Source: Scyliorhinus canicula | Taxonomy: Eukaryota | Length of the DNA: 64,000 bases | Assembly: GCF_902713615.1 (NCBI RefSeq) | Contig: NW_024055458.1 | Coordinates: 186,001 to 250,000, forward strand | Direction of reading: 5' to 3' | Part shown: piece after piece, positions 25,400 to 37,900 of the stretch | How the letters are laid out: each line of letters opens with the position of its first letter | Position numbering within the stretch: the stretch's first letter is position 1 | The notes under the pieces: model-generated | The model's database searches: none | Told to the model about the DNA's origin: nothing | The model's input: only the letters and a program-made list of their open reading frames with translations | Program-made: the position numbers and the translations under genes

Positions 25400-26220
25400 A
25401 CAAAGTGGTGATGTGCTACCTATTTGAACCTCCGCAGTCACTCTGGTGTCGGTACACCGACGGTGCTGTTCGGGAGGGAGTTATAGTCGTTCGAACCAGC
25501 GACACCGAAGATGCTGCGATACATTTCCAAGTCAGGATAGTGTGTGATTTGGAGGGGAATTTCCAGGTGGCGATCTTTCCATGTGTCAGCTGCCTTTTCC
25601 TTCTAGAAGGCAATGGGCCTGGATTTAGAAGGTGTTTCAAAGGAGACTTGATGGGTTTCTGTGGTGCATCTTGCGGATGGTAAATTATTGTCATTGTTCA
25701 ACGGTGGTGGATGGAACCTTGCCTCCCACATCTCCTCTAAACTTTGCCGCACGGACCTTAATCCTATGCTACCTGGTGACTGACCTCGCCACCCTGGGAA
25801 TGAGTTCCTGCCATCCATTCTAGCCATGTCCATCATAAGAGTGTTTGCACATAGGGTGACAATCAAGCGGGCTGCTTTGACCTGGATGGTGTCAAGCTTC
25901 TTCAATGTTGTTGGGCTGCACCCAGCCAGGCAACTGGAGAGTATTCAATTACACTCCTGACTTATGCCTCATAGATGGTGAACAGGCTTTGGGAGTCATG
26001 AGTGAGTTACTCGCCACAGATTCCCTAGACCCTGACCAGATCATGTCACCTCAGCATTTATATGGTCAATCCAGGACAGTTTCTGGTCAATGTTAACCCA
26101 GGGTATTGATAATTGGGGATTCAGCAATGACAATATAATTGAATGTCAAGGAGAGATTGTTAGATTCTATTTTGGTGGAGATGGTCATTCTTTAGCACTT
26201 CCGTGGCGAATGTTACCAAT
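25400..26220 (-). mobile_element. Ancient non-LTR RT 3' fragment
   Basis: KKLDTIQVKAARLI motif; similar to 21290-21700. Confidence 0.6.
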
Positions 26221-27086
26221 TATCACAACTCACAAAGTTAAATACTTATATTAATCAATTATGATCAACTCACAACATAAATAGTTACATTCACCTATTA
26301 TTTTCCGCATTTGGTTTTACAAAATGTAAATGCAATTCATTTAAGGGAGGTGGATTTGAGACCAGGAAGAGATCAGCCATGATGATTGAACGGCGGAGCA
26401 GGCTCCAATGTCTGAAACTCCGACTTCTGCTCCTAATTCCTATGTTTAACATAATTTATTGAGATTAAACTTTATTGAGATAGCATTGACCATTCTGTCA
26501 CCAACAAGTAACATCTGCGTCAGAATTCAATGTGAAATTGAATTAAACCACACCGAGGATAATGTGCAGCCTCCCAGCAGCCTCTGCGCTGTATTGGTCA
26601 GTAATCACCTCATCGTCACACAGAATCGCCAGACTGGAGGGTGAGATGATTTTTAAAGTGTCGGTAGAAATGAAAATACCTGTACCTGATGTGACGTTAA
26701 TGAATCTTTAAATTCATTATTTGTTATTACATTGTTTTGGAAAGCAATTCAACGTCCGCATCTGTCCACTGAGTTTCACAGGATTTCTGTTTTCAGTCTG
26801 GTGTCTTCATTAAGTTGTGTCGGGACATCTGGAGTGACTTTTGTACATGAAATGACCACATGCACACAATATTACAACCGTCCCTCCTCAATGTAATCAT
26901 GTTCCCGCTTTCTGTCTTTGAAATGAAGATTCGTCATCAGCAGAGAAGAATCGCTAGAACCGCAGGAATATCTCTACTTTCCTCTTAGTGAAGTCCAGCT
27001 CGTCAGTTCCCGATAGTCTGGGGATGGAATTCACCCAGAAAAGTTTCAGCCACCGAATGTATTAGTCTGGCACTAATTATCATATT

Positions 27087-27428
27087 CATAGAGTATCATA
27101 GAATTTACAGTGCAGAAGGAGGCCATTCGGCCCATCGAGTCTGCACCGGCTCTTGGAAAGAGCACCTTACCCAAAGTCAACACCTCCACCTTATCCCCAT
27201 AACCCAGTAACCCCACCCAACACTAAGGGCAATTTTGGACACTAACAGCAATTTATCATGGCCAATCCACCTAACCTGCACATCTTTGGACTGTGGGAGG
27301 AAACCGGAGCACCCGGAGGAAACCCACACACACACGGGGAGGATGTGCAGACTCCGCACAGACAGTGACCCAAGCCGGAATCGAACCTGGGACCCTGGAG
27401 CTGTGAAGCAATTGTGCTATCCACAAAT
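27087..27428 (-). mobile_element. V-SINE (HE1-like), young
   Basis: Near-consensus V-domain and CR1-like tail. Confidence 0.9.
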
Positions 27429-29618
27429 TATGAAGGACCTGCTTTAATTTATCAAGCGCAAAATTGAGAATGTGGAACAACATCTTTCAGACCATCTATC
27501 CATCCATCCATCAACCACATTCACTGATTCCTCATTTAAAATATTCAGGCATCCAACCAACATCCATCCCTACATAAAAGCAGTCATCCCTTTATCTTTT
27601 GGCAGGTGGTGGTGTGGTATTCATGTTATTGTACCAGTAATCCAAAGGCCCAGTCTAATCCTGTGGGGACTCAGGTACAAATCCCACTATTGTCAGTGGT
27701 GGAATTTGATATCAATTAATAAATATGGAATACATAATAATGGTGACCATGAAATCCCCTCTGCATCATCAATGAAGGAAATCTGACATCCCTCCCTGGT
27801 CTCACCTACATGTGGCTCCAGTTGGACAGCAACATGTCTGACTCTTCAGTTCCTTCTGAGCTGGCCCACTCAGTTCAACAGCAATTAGGGACAGGGAACA
27901 CATGGTGGTCTTGCCAGTGAGTCCCACATTCCATGGAAGAATAAAGGGAAAACACATGAATTACGTGTTTATCTATTACAAAATGTACCCTCTGTCTGAT
28001 AGTCTGCTTGTATTTCTATCCATCATCACAATGTTATGAGGTGTGGGAGAGATCCTCCAGCCGGTTAGTGTTGTTAAGAGAGGCTAGAAAAGCTGTATAA
28101 CTCTCCTTTCCTTAGAGATGGGAACAGTCCAAATAAATTCGCAATTTAAAACATAAAATGATCTCCAGTACTGTTGCTGGGTAGATTTGTTTATAAATAG
28201 TCCTCATTGACAATGTTAAGAATTTGAAGTTGGCTTGCAGCCAAGCGGTCAGTACTGAGGAAACAGATCTCTGAAAAAGAAATCCAGATGCTTCCTGTAA
28301 ACAACATCGAACATTCGAGCCTCCCTGACTGCAGGCGGCTGGATTGCTGCCAAATACAGTGTGGGGCAGATTAGCCTGAATATGAATGGACACAATGGGA
28401 TTGATCCATTCAAACAATAAATGTTTCAGTCTCACATGAAGTAAACGTTTTAAATGGTGATCCATGCAAAGAAATATATTCACTGAATGTTTTGTTCACT
28501 ATGAGATTAAACACAATGGGAAAATAGTTAACTGACCAGATGCTATTTAATTTATATTAGTTCCGAGGAAAGGTCACTCTAGTTATTAAAGTCCGTTTGT
28601 TAAGAGCCTAATGAAGTGAGAGTGAGTGGTGTTGATGGACCCAATCCACAAGTTCAATAAGATGACTTCAATTACAAAAAATAAAATAAAATGAATTTAA
28701 AGTAAATAAACTGCATTAAACTCGCGGGGATTCCTAGAATATTCTCCGAATTCTTGATCTCCTTGATCTCTTATACCCGATTAACACCGTGTTATGTACA
28801 GTTTAATTTGTCTGGATTTCAATTGTTTAACAGTCCCTCTCATTGCTGCCAATGAGCGGAGAAATGACCAGTTCATGACCTGCTTTCGTGGAGAATAAAA
28901 CATTTATTCCTGTGATATTGTGTAATATGCCGCAAAGTCCTGATATTATGTGTTCCCAACACCAGTGAATGTTAGACAGCCGCTGGTCAGTAAAATTAGC
29001 GGCAATGATTTGGATGCTGAAGGATAACTTTGCTGATCGCCGCGTCCGTTCTGATTCATTAACTTCTTGTCAAAAGCTGGTCTGAATTTTATGTTTCTCT
29101 GTCAACTCACTGCTGAATTATCAGGCAAGCGGCTTCTTTTACCGCTAATGTTCACAGGACTGTCTGAGGCTCAGGGGCAAATCGAGAAATGTAAAGAGAG
29201 ACATTGTATAATGTGAGGAGTTTCTTCTTGTCGACAGACCCACATTGTACAGTGATGGCCATCCGCTCTGCAAATGTAATCACGTCATTCATTCCCTCAT
29301 TTAGTTACATTTCGTCTGATAAATTATACTTTGCTGTTGTAATTGGATAGACAGACGATTTATACCCTGATAAATGTAATTTATTCTGTTTATGTTCATC
29401 CCTTTATATTGGAGTGCAGAAATAAAGAGACTTAATGTATAATGGAATTAGATTTTACTCAGAGATGCTCAAATATAATTTTCCATTCGGATGAGGATAG
29501 ACATTACAATGAATCAATTCAGCCAAACAAATATACCAATCTAATGTCACTTTTTAATAATAACCTATAGTAAATATCTGAGTCCATTCTGTTGGGGGTG
29601 TGGAAGGTGGGACGTGTA

Positions 29619-29692
29619 TCCAGGCGCCGCCTCCACCAGGGAATCAACAGGCGGCGCCTGGAAAGCCGCCCCCTTCTGCCGGGTATTTAAAT
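29619..29692 (+). promoter_or_regulatory. VH promoter: GC-rich inverted repeat and TATA-like box
   Basis: TATTTAAAT at 29684-29692, about 80-90 bp upstream of the leader ATGs; CpG-rich patch with a perfect 14-bp inverted repeat (29619-29632/29649-29662); no canonical octamer seen in the ~400 bp upstream of the ATG. Confidence 0.65.
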
Positions 29693-29770
29693 GCCGCTCA
29701 CTGGGACCCGAATCCAACAGTCCGGGAGCTGGTTTGTTCACTGAGTTCCTGACACAACCATTTCCCCCAA

Positions 29771-29828
29771 ATGACCAGAAGGATGAGGTGGGCCATTTCT
29801 CTCAGTTTGTTGCTGACTTTCTTATCCC
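29771..29828 (+). CDS. IGHV: IgH V leader exon (MTRRMRWAISLSLLLTFLS; the second ATG at 29783 is the likelier start)
   Basis: Hydrophobic signal peptide; phase-1 donor C|GTGAGT at 29829; acceptor TTACAG ending 29956 gives [10 protein letters not shown] in frame. Confidence 0.93.
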
Positions 29829-29956
29829 GTGAGTAGTTTTTATTGTCCAAGTCTCTCACTGTTACTGTCTCAGTGTTAGTCTCTCTCTGGAATGTTCCAG
29901 AGTCACCAATCATTTCACCAGCATTAATCCTCCGGCTTTTTGATATATTTTTACAG

Positions 29957-30261
29957 GTGTCCAGTCGGATGTTGTGTTGACTCAGCCAGAGGCAGAGACC
30001 GGGCGTCCCGGAGGCTCCCTGACACTGACCTGTAAAACCAGCGGCTTCGATCTCGGCAGCGCTTACATGTTCTGGATCCGGCAAGTTCCCGGGCAGGGGC
30101 TGGAGTGGTTGGTATATTACTATAGTTCATCATACAACAGCTACGCCCCAGCCATTAAAGATCGATTCACTGCGTCCAAAGACACTTCAAACAACATCTT
30201 CTCTTTGGCCATGAGGAGCCTGAAGACCGAAGACACCGCCATCTATTACTGTGCAAGAGAC
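29957..30261 (+). CDS. IGHV: Germline IgM VH exon ([98 protein letters not shown])
   Basis: Canonical FR1 Cys, FR2 WIRQ..GLEW and FR3 DTAIYYCAR; open frame; ends at an RSS; embedded TACTGTG at 30247-30253. Confidence 0.97.
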
Positions 30262-30300
30262 CACAGCGAGAGGAACCAGGGCTGGACCCGCACAAGAACA
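30262..30300 (+). other. VH 3' RSS, 23-bp spacer
   Basis: CACAGCG (30262-30268) + 23 bp + ACAAGAACA (30292-30300). Confidence 0.93.
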
Positions 30301-30670
30301 GCTCGAGAGGGAATTCAGCAACTTGCACCTTAACCTGAAGGTCAGCACTTGATCCAAATCTAATATTAATGTCAGTGATCAGAGTCATTGCACACGCTGC
30401 TTCTTACATAACTCACACAGAGAAAATTAAACAGTAAAGCCGAACAAACCAATCGATCTAATAGGATGAGCTTTTGTCTGTTTATATTTCCTGTTCACAG
30501 TTTCAGCAAATACAGACTTGAATATAATCATCGTTTTATTATTTCTGATACTTGGGAAAATCTATGTACATTGGATTTGATAAACTGCTGTATAAATAGT
30601 AAATTAGATCAGAAGTAAACGTGTATTTGAAGTGAATATTGAGCGGCAGGACTGAACAGAGAGTGAGTGC

Positions 30671-30751
30671 AGATTTTGTGCGGGTGTCTGTCACTGTGAC
30701 TACAGCAGTGGGTCACAGTGCTGTCCACAGCGACATCCTCATACAAAAACC
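30671..30751 (+). other. D1 segment (ACTACAGCAGTGGGT, 30699-30713) with 5' 12-RSS and 3' 22-RSS
   Basis: AGATTTTGT 30671-30679 + 12 bp + CACTGTG 30692-30698; CACAGTG 30714-30720 + 22 bp + ACAAAAACC 30743-30751. This is the typical shark D1 12/22-23 layout. Confidence 0.95.
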
Positions 30752-31061
30752 TCAGAGAAAGAGTTTGTTCAAATTGGTGATCAGCGTCACAGCAGGATTG
30801 TCAATGTCAATGAGTTTTAAATAAAACAAAGTTTGGAAGTAATATTAATTTACAAAAAGGTATAAAAATCTTCCACTTTATCTCTGTTGACCGACTCGCT
30901 AAATCTGCACAGAGGTTTTTTAAATGTTCCGACCCTCTTTATAAATGTAATGATCAGGACAAGCTGAAATAACTCACCCATTCGCTCTTGGAAGAGACAG
31001 AGTTAGTTTTTTGTGTGAGCAGTGAAATTAAATCTCTGTATTTTAGTTAACCGTCTGCCAC

Positions 31062-31127
31062 AGTATTTGACACGCTGTGTCTCACTGTGACAACTGGGGC
31101 ACAGCAGTTACTGTCAATACAAAAAGC
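31062..31127 (+). other. D2 segment (ACAACTGGGG, 31090-31099) with 12/12 RSSs
   Basis: AGTATTTGA 31062-31070 (6/9 nonamer match) + 12 bp + CACTGTG 31083-31089; CACAGCA 31100-31106 + 12 bp + ACAAAAAGC 31119-31127. Confidence 0.92.
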
Positions 31128-31449
31128 CCCTCAGCACTAATTCACTGAGGCTGGCTCAGTGCTCGCTTTTACAATCCAACTTTATTTACAGTGAAGCATT
31201 ATTTATTTCCAGCACTGACAAAATAATAAGAATGAAAATAGAAATTTGGTGGTCGTTAGTTAGTCGCAGTTGGTGTTTTCAGTAACATTTCCATATCTAT
31301 GAAATATAAACCATTCGGTCATTTATGAAGAGAGAACGGTATCCACAAATATTAATATAATTTCCTGAAAATTAATCGTGAATTTTCTTTGCCGTTGGTT
31401 TGTGAATATTTAAAATAATGGTGGATTTCTGACTATTTTGTGCAGGTGC

Positions 31450-31488
31450 GGTTATTGTATGGAGCTGCCCAGGGAATGTGACACTGTG
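31450..31488 (-). other. JH 5' RSS, 23-bp spacer
   Basis: GGTTATTGT 31450-31458 + 23 bp + CACTGTG 31482-31488. Confidence 0.93.
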
Positions 31489-31536
31489 ACTACTTCGGCT
31501 ACTGGGGACAAGGCACCATGGTGACGGTGACTGCAG
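31489..31536 (+). CDS. IGHJ: JH segment (YFGYWGQGTMVTVTA)
   Basis: WGQG motif; phase-1 donor G|GTAAG at 31537. Confidence 0.96.
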
Positions 31537-34500
31537 GTAAGAACCATTCCGTCATTTACCAACTGTTTTACTTGAGTATTTGTTTTATATTTTTCTGCAT
31601 TTTCAAAATCCATTCGTTCACTGAAATGTGTTTTGGTGGATCATGTATTCAGATGTTGTTGCAATGTTTCATTTGATTCTGCTGAAAGGGGATATAGAAT
31701 CCCGCGGTTTCTTGACAGAAAGATGCTGCTGAGGGATTCAGTCCCCGTTTGCTGTGATTTGATGTTTATTTGCTGAGGATACTGTGTGGCTGGGTTACTT
31801 TAAATACAAAACGTGTGTTTTTACGATGTTTAATCTCGGTTCTACCTAATGTCTGCAATTTGTACCGTCTTCTGCACAAGTGTATGAGATCAATCCCAAC
31901 ATTGACAAAATGTGCTAAAGTTTCTGTATTATCTTATTGAACATGTTCTGCTTACTGAAAGTGCTGGTGGTATTATTCAGGTTTTCTGTTTAGTTTACCT
32001 GTTCGTTCATTTGATGAAATAGGGGTTTGGTGCATTCTAAATTGAGCTGTTCTTGCAATGTTACATTTGATTCTTTTGGAAGTGTTTGTAGAATTGAGCT
32101 GCTTCTCCGTGATGTTTCACTCCTTCAGTGATGTGGTTTGGTGTTTTCCTGCTGAGGAATGTTTTTGGGAGACTTTGTGCAGGAAAGTTTGTGAAACGGT
32201 TTGGTGTGTCTGTATTGTTTCAACTCGGTAACACTGAGCTGTTGCACGGTTTGTGATTGAATGCAAAGGGTATACGTGTTGGAAACTGCTTGTCGCAGAG
32301 GACAGGGAGGCTGTTAGTGCATCTTGAAAAACAGTGAAAATTGCAGATTAAACTTTTACGTTATCCGACAAATCCTTTCCGAGCACAGGTTGTTGCTGCA
32401 ACCACAGTTTGCCGTTTGTGCAAAGTTTAATCTCGGTGGCATCTGATGGTTGCAGCTTTTACCATGAACTGCAAACATTAAAAAGCATTTAAATGTGTTT
32501 GAAAACTGACTCAGTATGAAACAAAATGGTTGAGTTTCAATATTTATTTGTTGTTAATATTCGAGCACCTCGCAGTGCTATTTGTGTTATTCCACATTTC
32601 TGTTTAGTTTAATAATTTATACATTTGGTTACGAGCTGCTTTGCTGGCTATTGATATTTTCTTGCAATATTAAGTTTGATCCTGTTCGATGTAGAATTGA
32701 GCTGCTTCTCCATAAACGGGGTTCAGTCCTTCATTGATGTGATTTAGTGTTTTGTTCTGCTGAGGAGATTGTGTATCTGGGTGACTTTAAATGATTCAGA
32801 TCTGTCAAACGGTTCAGCGTTTCTGCATTGTTTCTGCATTGTTTAAACTCGGTGACACTGAGCGGTTACACGTTTTCTGGTTGAATTCAAACAGTCTCGG
32901 CGTTTGAAAATGCTTGAAGGGCGATTGTCGGGAGAAAACAGCCAGGCTTAAGAAAATAATCTAAAAAAGATATATTGATGCATTTTGTAATTTTAACTGA
33001 TGCTTCCAGATTAAACGAAATAGTGACTGAAACGCCCATGCAGAACATAGTAACATTTATATAATTCAAACAATTGCAATGCGGTGATTCAACTCTATAT
33101 TAACCAAGGGCTATTTTAGATTAATATAATTCAGCATCAATCGCCTTTCACAATCCTGCTGTGTTCTGCACGAGATTGACATGGTCGGACAGGTTTCTAG
33201 GTTGGAAATACTTTGTAGTTCCAGTTATTCTATTATTTCAGTGCCGCTACAACCATATTGTACCTCCACTGTAATGCGTAGTTGGATAGCGAGGGAATTA
33301 TCACTAAACTAATCTTAAACAGGTTTCTGAGATGTGGAAGTCGCTGCCAATCAATGAATTGTTCCCATGATTTTATTTGTATTGTAGGAAAGTTCAGATT
33401 GCATATGGCAAGAGATTGAAAAGTAAAAGCTTGAATGTCAAACCGATTTATTTATTTACAAAAGGTTAACAGTACCGTTGCATTTTATAATCACATCCTG
33501 TCTCCCACGGCTGTCCTCTACAGACGATAGAATTATAGGAAGAACAGATGATTGGAAAGGAAGAATGATTATATCTCAGCTTTAGGCTTAAATTTTATTA
33601 AATGCTAAATTCAACAACAAATTCTCCACTTGCTCATAATGGGTGAGTTTTGCAAATGATTTGAACAAACTCAGCTGTTCTCGTTATATTCATTACTTTC
33701 TGAGAATAGATGGAGGTTATGATTTATCAATGTGTTCAGAAAGGTGCAGATTTTACACATTTGTAGGTCGAATAGAGCAATTTGAGTTTTTAAAAATGTG
33801 AATTTAGTCAATTAAATGTTAAGATGATTCCATCGAGTAAGTTGGAGTTTACTGTTCAACATTGTTTGATTGTCAGGTTGTTTTAATTAAATCCCAGTTA
33901 TTTCACAAAGCTCTGGGTAAAAACAAATTGAGGATTATTGAATGCTATTTTTATTATATTCATTATTATAGTACAGATAATCGAATAAAGAATTAGCTGA
34001 CAATTAAAAATAACTTACAATACAATATCAGTGAGAATTAATTCAATATAAATGATCTCCTACAATTGAGTTGTATCCTGGCGTGCAATTTCTCAAATGT
34101 CTTAGATAATTTTAATAATATCTGAAATTAATTTAGGAAACCATACATTTCATTATACTGCTGTGTGCAGCTAAATTCTTTTTCTGATAACATTATTTTG
34201 CCCTGATTCTTTTTCTGATTACATTTAATTGTGTTTTTAGATCATATCAGTGGGTAATGTGAATATTTCCTGGTTTGTTTAATTATTGCCCTGTCACTGA
34301 GTCTCTGTTCTGTCAATAATCTACCCTGAATCTGTAATATTTAATCTGCTCATTTTCAGCAAAACTACTTTTTGCCCAATTATTGAGTTTTGAGATAGAC
34401 AGAGAGAAATTGTTAAAAACCAAACGCAGTTTTGAAATTAATGTCAGTTTAATTTCAAATAAGTCACTAAATTATTGTTGTCGGAAGTTGGCCATTGATA

Positions 34501-34941
34501 AATTAGAATCAAACAGTTTCATGAAACTGACAGATTGAACAGATCTGCTGGAACTCGATTGTTGCCATGTGTGTCTGATCAGTTTCTGTGCGCGCGGTCA
34601 CTGTGCTGGGACCAGGAATCTTCCTGACTGGTTGTAAATCTTCTACTTCATTTTCCAATATTTCAGGGAGTGCAATTTGATCAAGCCCTTCAATAAAACT
34701 TGTGTATGTGTGAAATGTGGAAATTGCACTTGATGTTTGACTAGGCGACTCAGAAAGGGGATTCCAAACCCAGATAATGACAGTCAGAAAGAATTCAGCA
34801 ACGCCAGACAGGCTGTAGAAGGAGATTTGGGTGATTTTTAAGCAGTGATATATCGGTCTTGGGAATTTTCGATTCGGCACTGCAGAGAGCGATTTATTGG
34901 GTTACATTCCGTGCTATGGCAGTCCTTGATCTATTTAATGG

Positions 34942-37900
34942 CTCACTCACACAGCCTCAGTCACACAGCCTCACTCACACAGCCTCACTCACACAGCCTC
35001 ACTCACACAGCCTCACTCTCACAGTCTCACTCACACAGCCTCACTCACACACCCTCACTCACACTACCCTCACTCACACAGCCTCACTCACACAACCTGA
35101 CTCACACAGCCTCACTCACACACCCTCACTCACATACGCTCACTCACACAGCCTCACTCACACATCCTCACTCACACAGCCTCACTCACACAACCTCATT
35201 CACACAGCCTCACTCACACAGCCTCACTCATACAGCCTCACTCACACAGCCTCACTCACCCACCCTCACTCACACAGCCTCACTCATATAGCCTCACTCA
35301 CACACCCTCACTCACACAGCCTCACTCACACAACCTCACTCACACACCCTCACTCACACAGCCTCACTCACACTACCCTCACTCACACAGCCTCACTCAC
35401 ACAGCCTCACTCACACACCCTCACTCACACTACCCTCACTCACACAGCCTCACTCACACAGCCTCACACACACCCTCACTCACACAGCCTCACTCACACA
35501 CCATCACTCACTCACACAGCCTCACTCACACAGCGTCAGTCACACAGCCTCACTCAGACACACTCACTCACTACCCTCACTCACACACCCTCACTCATAC
35601 AGCCTCACTCACACAGCCTCACTCACACACCCTCACTCACACACCCTCACTCACACAGCCTCACTCACACAGCCTCACTCACACAACCTCACTCACACAG
35701 CCTCACTCACACAGCCTCACTCACAGAGCCTCACTCACACAGCCTCACTCACACACCCTCACTCACACAACCTCACTCACACACCCTCACCCACACAGCC
35801 TCACTCACACAGCCTCACTCACACACCCTCACTCACACAGCCTCACTCACACAGCCTCACTCACACAGCCTCACTCACACAGCCTCACTCACACACCCTC
35901 ACTCACAGAGCCTCACTCACACAGCCTCACACACACCCTCACTCACACAGCCTCACTCACACACCATCACTCACTCACACAGCCTCACTCACACAGCCTC
36001 ACTCACACAGCCTCACTCACACACCCTCACCCACACAGCCTCACTCATACAGCCTCACTCACACAGCCTCACTCACACACCCTCACTCACACAGCCTCAC
36101 TCACACAGCCTCACTCACACAGCCTCACTCACACAGCCTCACTCACACAGCCTCACTCACACACCCTCACTCACACAGCCTCACTCACACAGCCTCACTC
36201 ACACAGCCTCACTCACACACCCTCACTCACATACGCTCACTCACACAGCCTCACTCACACAGCCTCACTCACACAGCCTCACTCACAGACGCAATCTCAC
36301 TCACACAGCCTCACTCACACAGCCTCACTCACAGACACAACCTCACTCACACAGCCTCACTCACACCCCCTCACTCACACACCCTCACTCACTCACTCCC
36401 CTCCCTCTCACAACCTCACTCACTCAAACAGCGTCACTCACTATAACACCCTCACTCACCATCACTCTCTCACACTCATTGACTCACACTTGCTAGCCCA
36501 ACATAAATTGCTCACTCTCATTCACCCGCACTCATTCACACACCCTGAGTCCACCTTAGTCACACACTGGTTCACTTACCCACCCTCACTCACTCAGCAT
36601 CACACACCCACCCTCACGCATCCTCACTAATCCTCAGTCATGGAACCTCACTCAGTCACCCTTACTCATTCACCCTCAGTCACACACCTTCACACAACCA
36701 TCATCACTCACCCTCATTCATCCTCCCTCGCTCACTCTTCCTTGCTCACCCACCCTCATTCATTCACCTACCGACCCTCATTCACCTTCATTCAGTAACC
36801 CACCCACGCACCCATCCTCACTCAGCTTAACACACCCACCCTCATTCATCCTCATTCAGACTCTCAGCTCAATCAATCACCAATCCTCACTCACTCACCC
36901 TCACTCACTCACCCACCTATCCTCACTCACTCACCCTCACTCACTCACCCACCCACCCTCACTTACTCACGCTCAGTCACACACCTTCACACACTCACCC
37001 AGTCACTTACCCTCATCCACCCACCCTCACTTACTCACGCTCAGTCACACACCTTCACACACTCACCCTCATTCACTTACCTTCACCCACCCATGCTCAC
37101 TTGCCCGCAGTCACACTGCCCTCACTTACTCACCCTCATTCACCCACACACCCTCACTTACTCACCCTCAGTCAGACAGCCTCACACACTCACCCTCATT
37201 CACTTACCCTCACTCACCCATGCTCACTCGCCCACACTCACACTGCCCTCACTTACTCATCCTCACTCACTCACCCACCCACCCTCGATTACCTTAATTC
37301 AGTAACTTACCCTCACTCAGTCACCCACATTCACTAACACACTGACTCACCCACTCTCACTCCCAACTCTCATTCACTCAACCTCACTGACACCCTCAAT
37401 CACTCACCTCACTCACTCTCTCACTCACTCATCCACCCTCAGTAAACTACCCTAATTCAGCTCCACTCACTCAACATCACACCCACCATCACTCACCCAT
37501 CATCTCGCATTCACCCACCCTGACTCACTACCATCACTCACACAGCCTCACTCACACAGCCTCACGCACACAGCCTCACTCACACAGCCTCACTCACACA
37601 TCCTCACTCAGCCTCACTCACACACACTCACTCACACACACTCCCTCACTACCCTCATTCACACAGCCTCACTCACACAGCCTCACTCACACACCCTCAC
37701 TCACACACACTCACTCACTACCCTCACTCACACAGCCTGACTCACACACCCTCGCTCACACACCCTCACTCACACAGCCTCACTCACACACCCTCACTCA
37801 CACAGCTTCACTCACACACCCTCACTCACACAGCCTCACTCACACAGCCTCACTCACACACCCTCACTCACACAGCCTCACTCACACACCCTCACTCACA

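Noticed and set aside
26990-27016. EVQLVSS reading resembling a mammalian VH start
   Set aside because: Stop after 8 codons, with no leader, Cys, WxRQ or RSS; chance match.
31059-31065. CACAGTA upstream of D2 suggesting a third D segment
   Set aside because: No nonamer at 12 or 23 bp; it overlaps the D2 nonamer.
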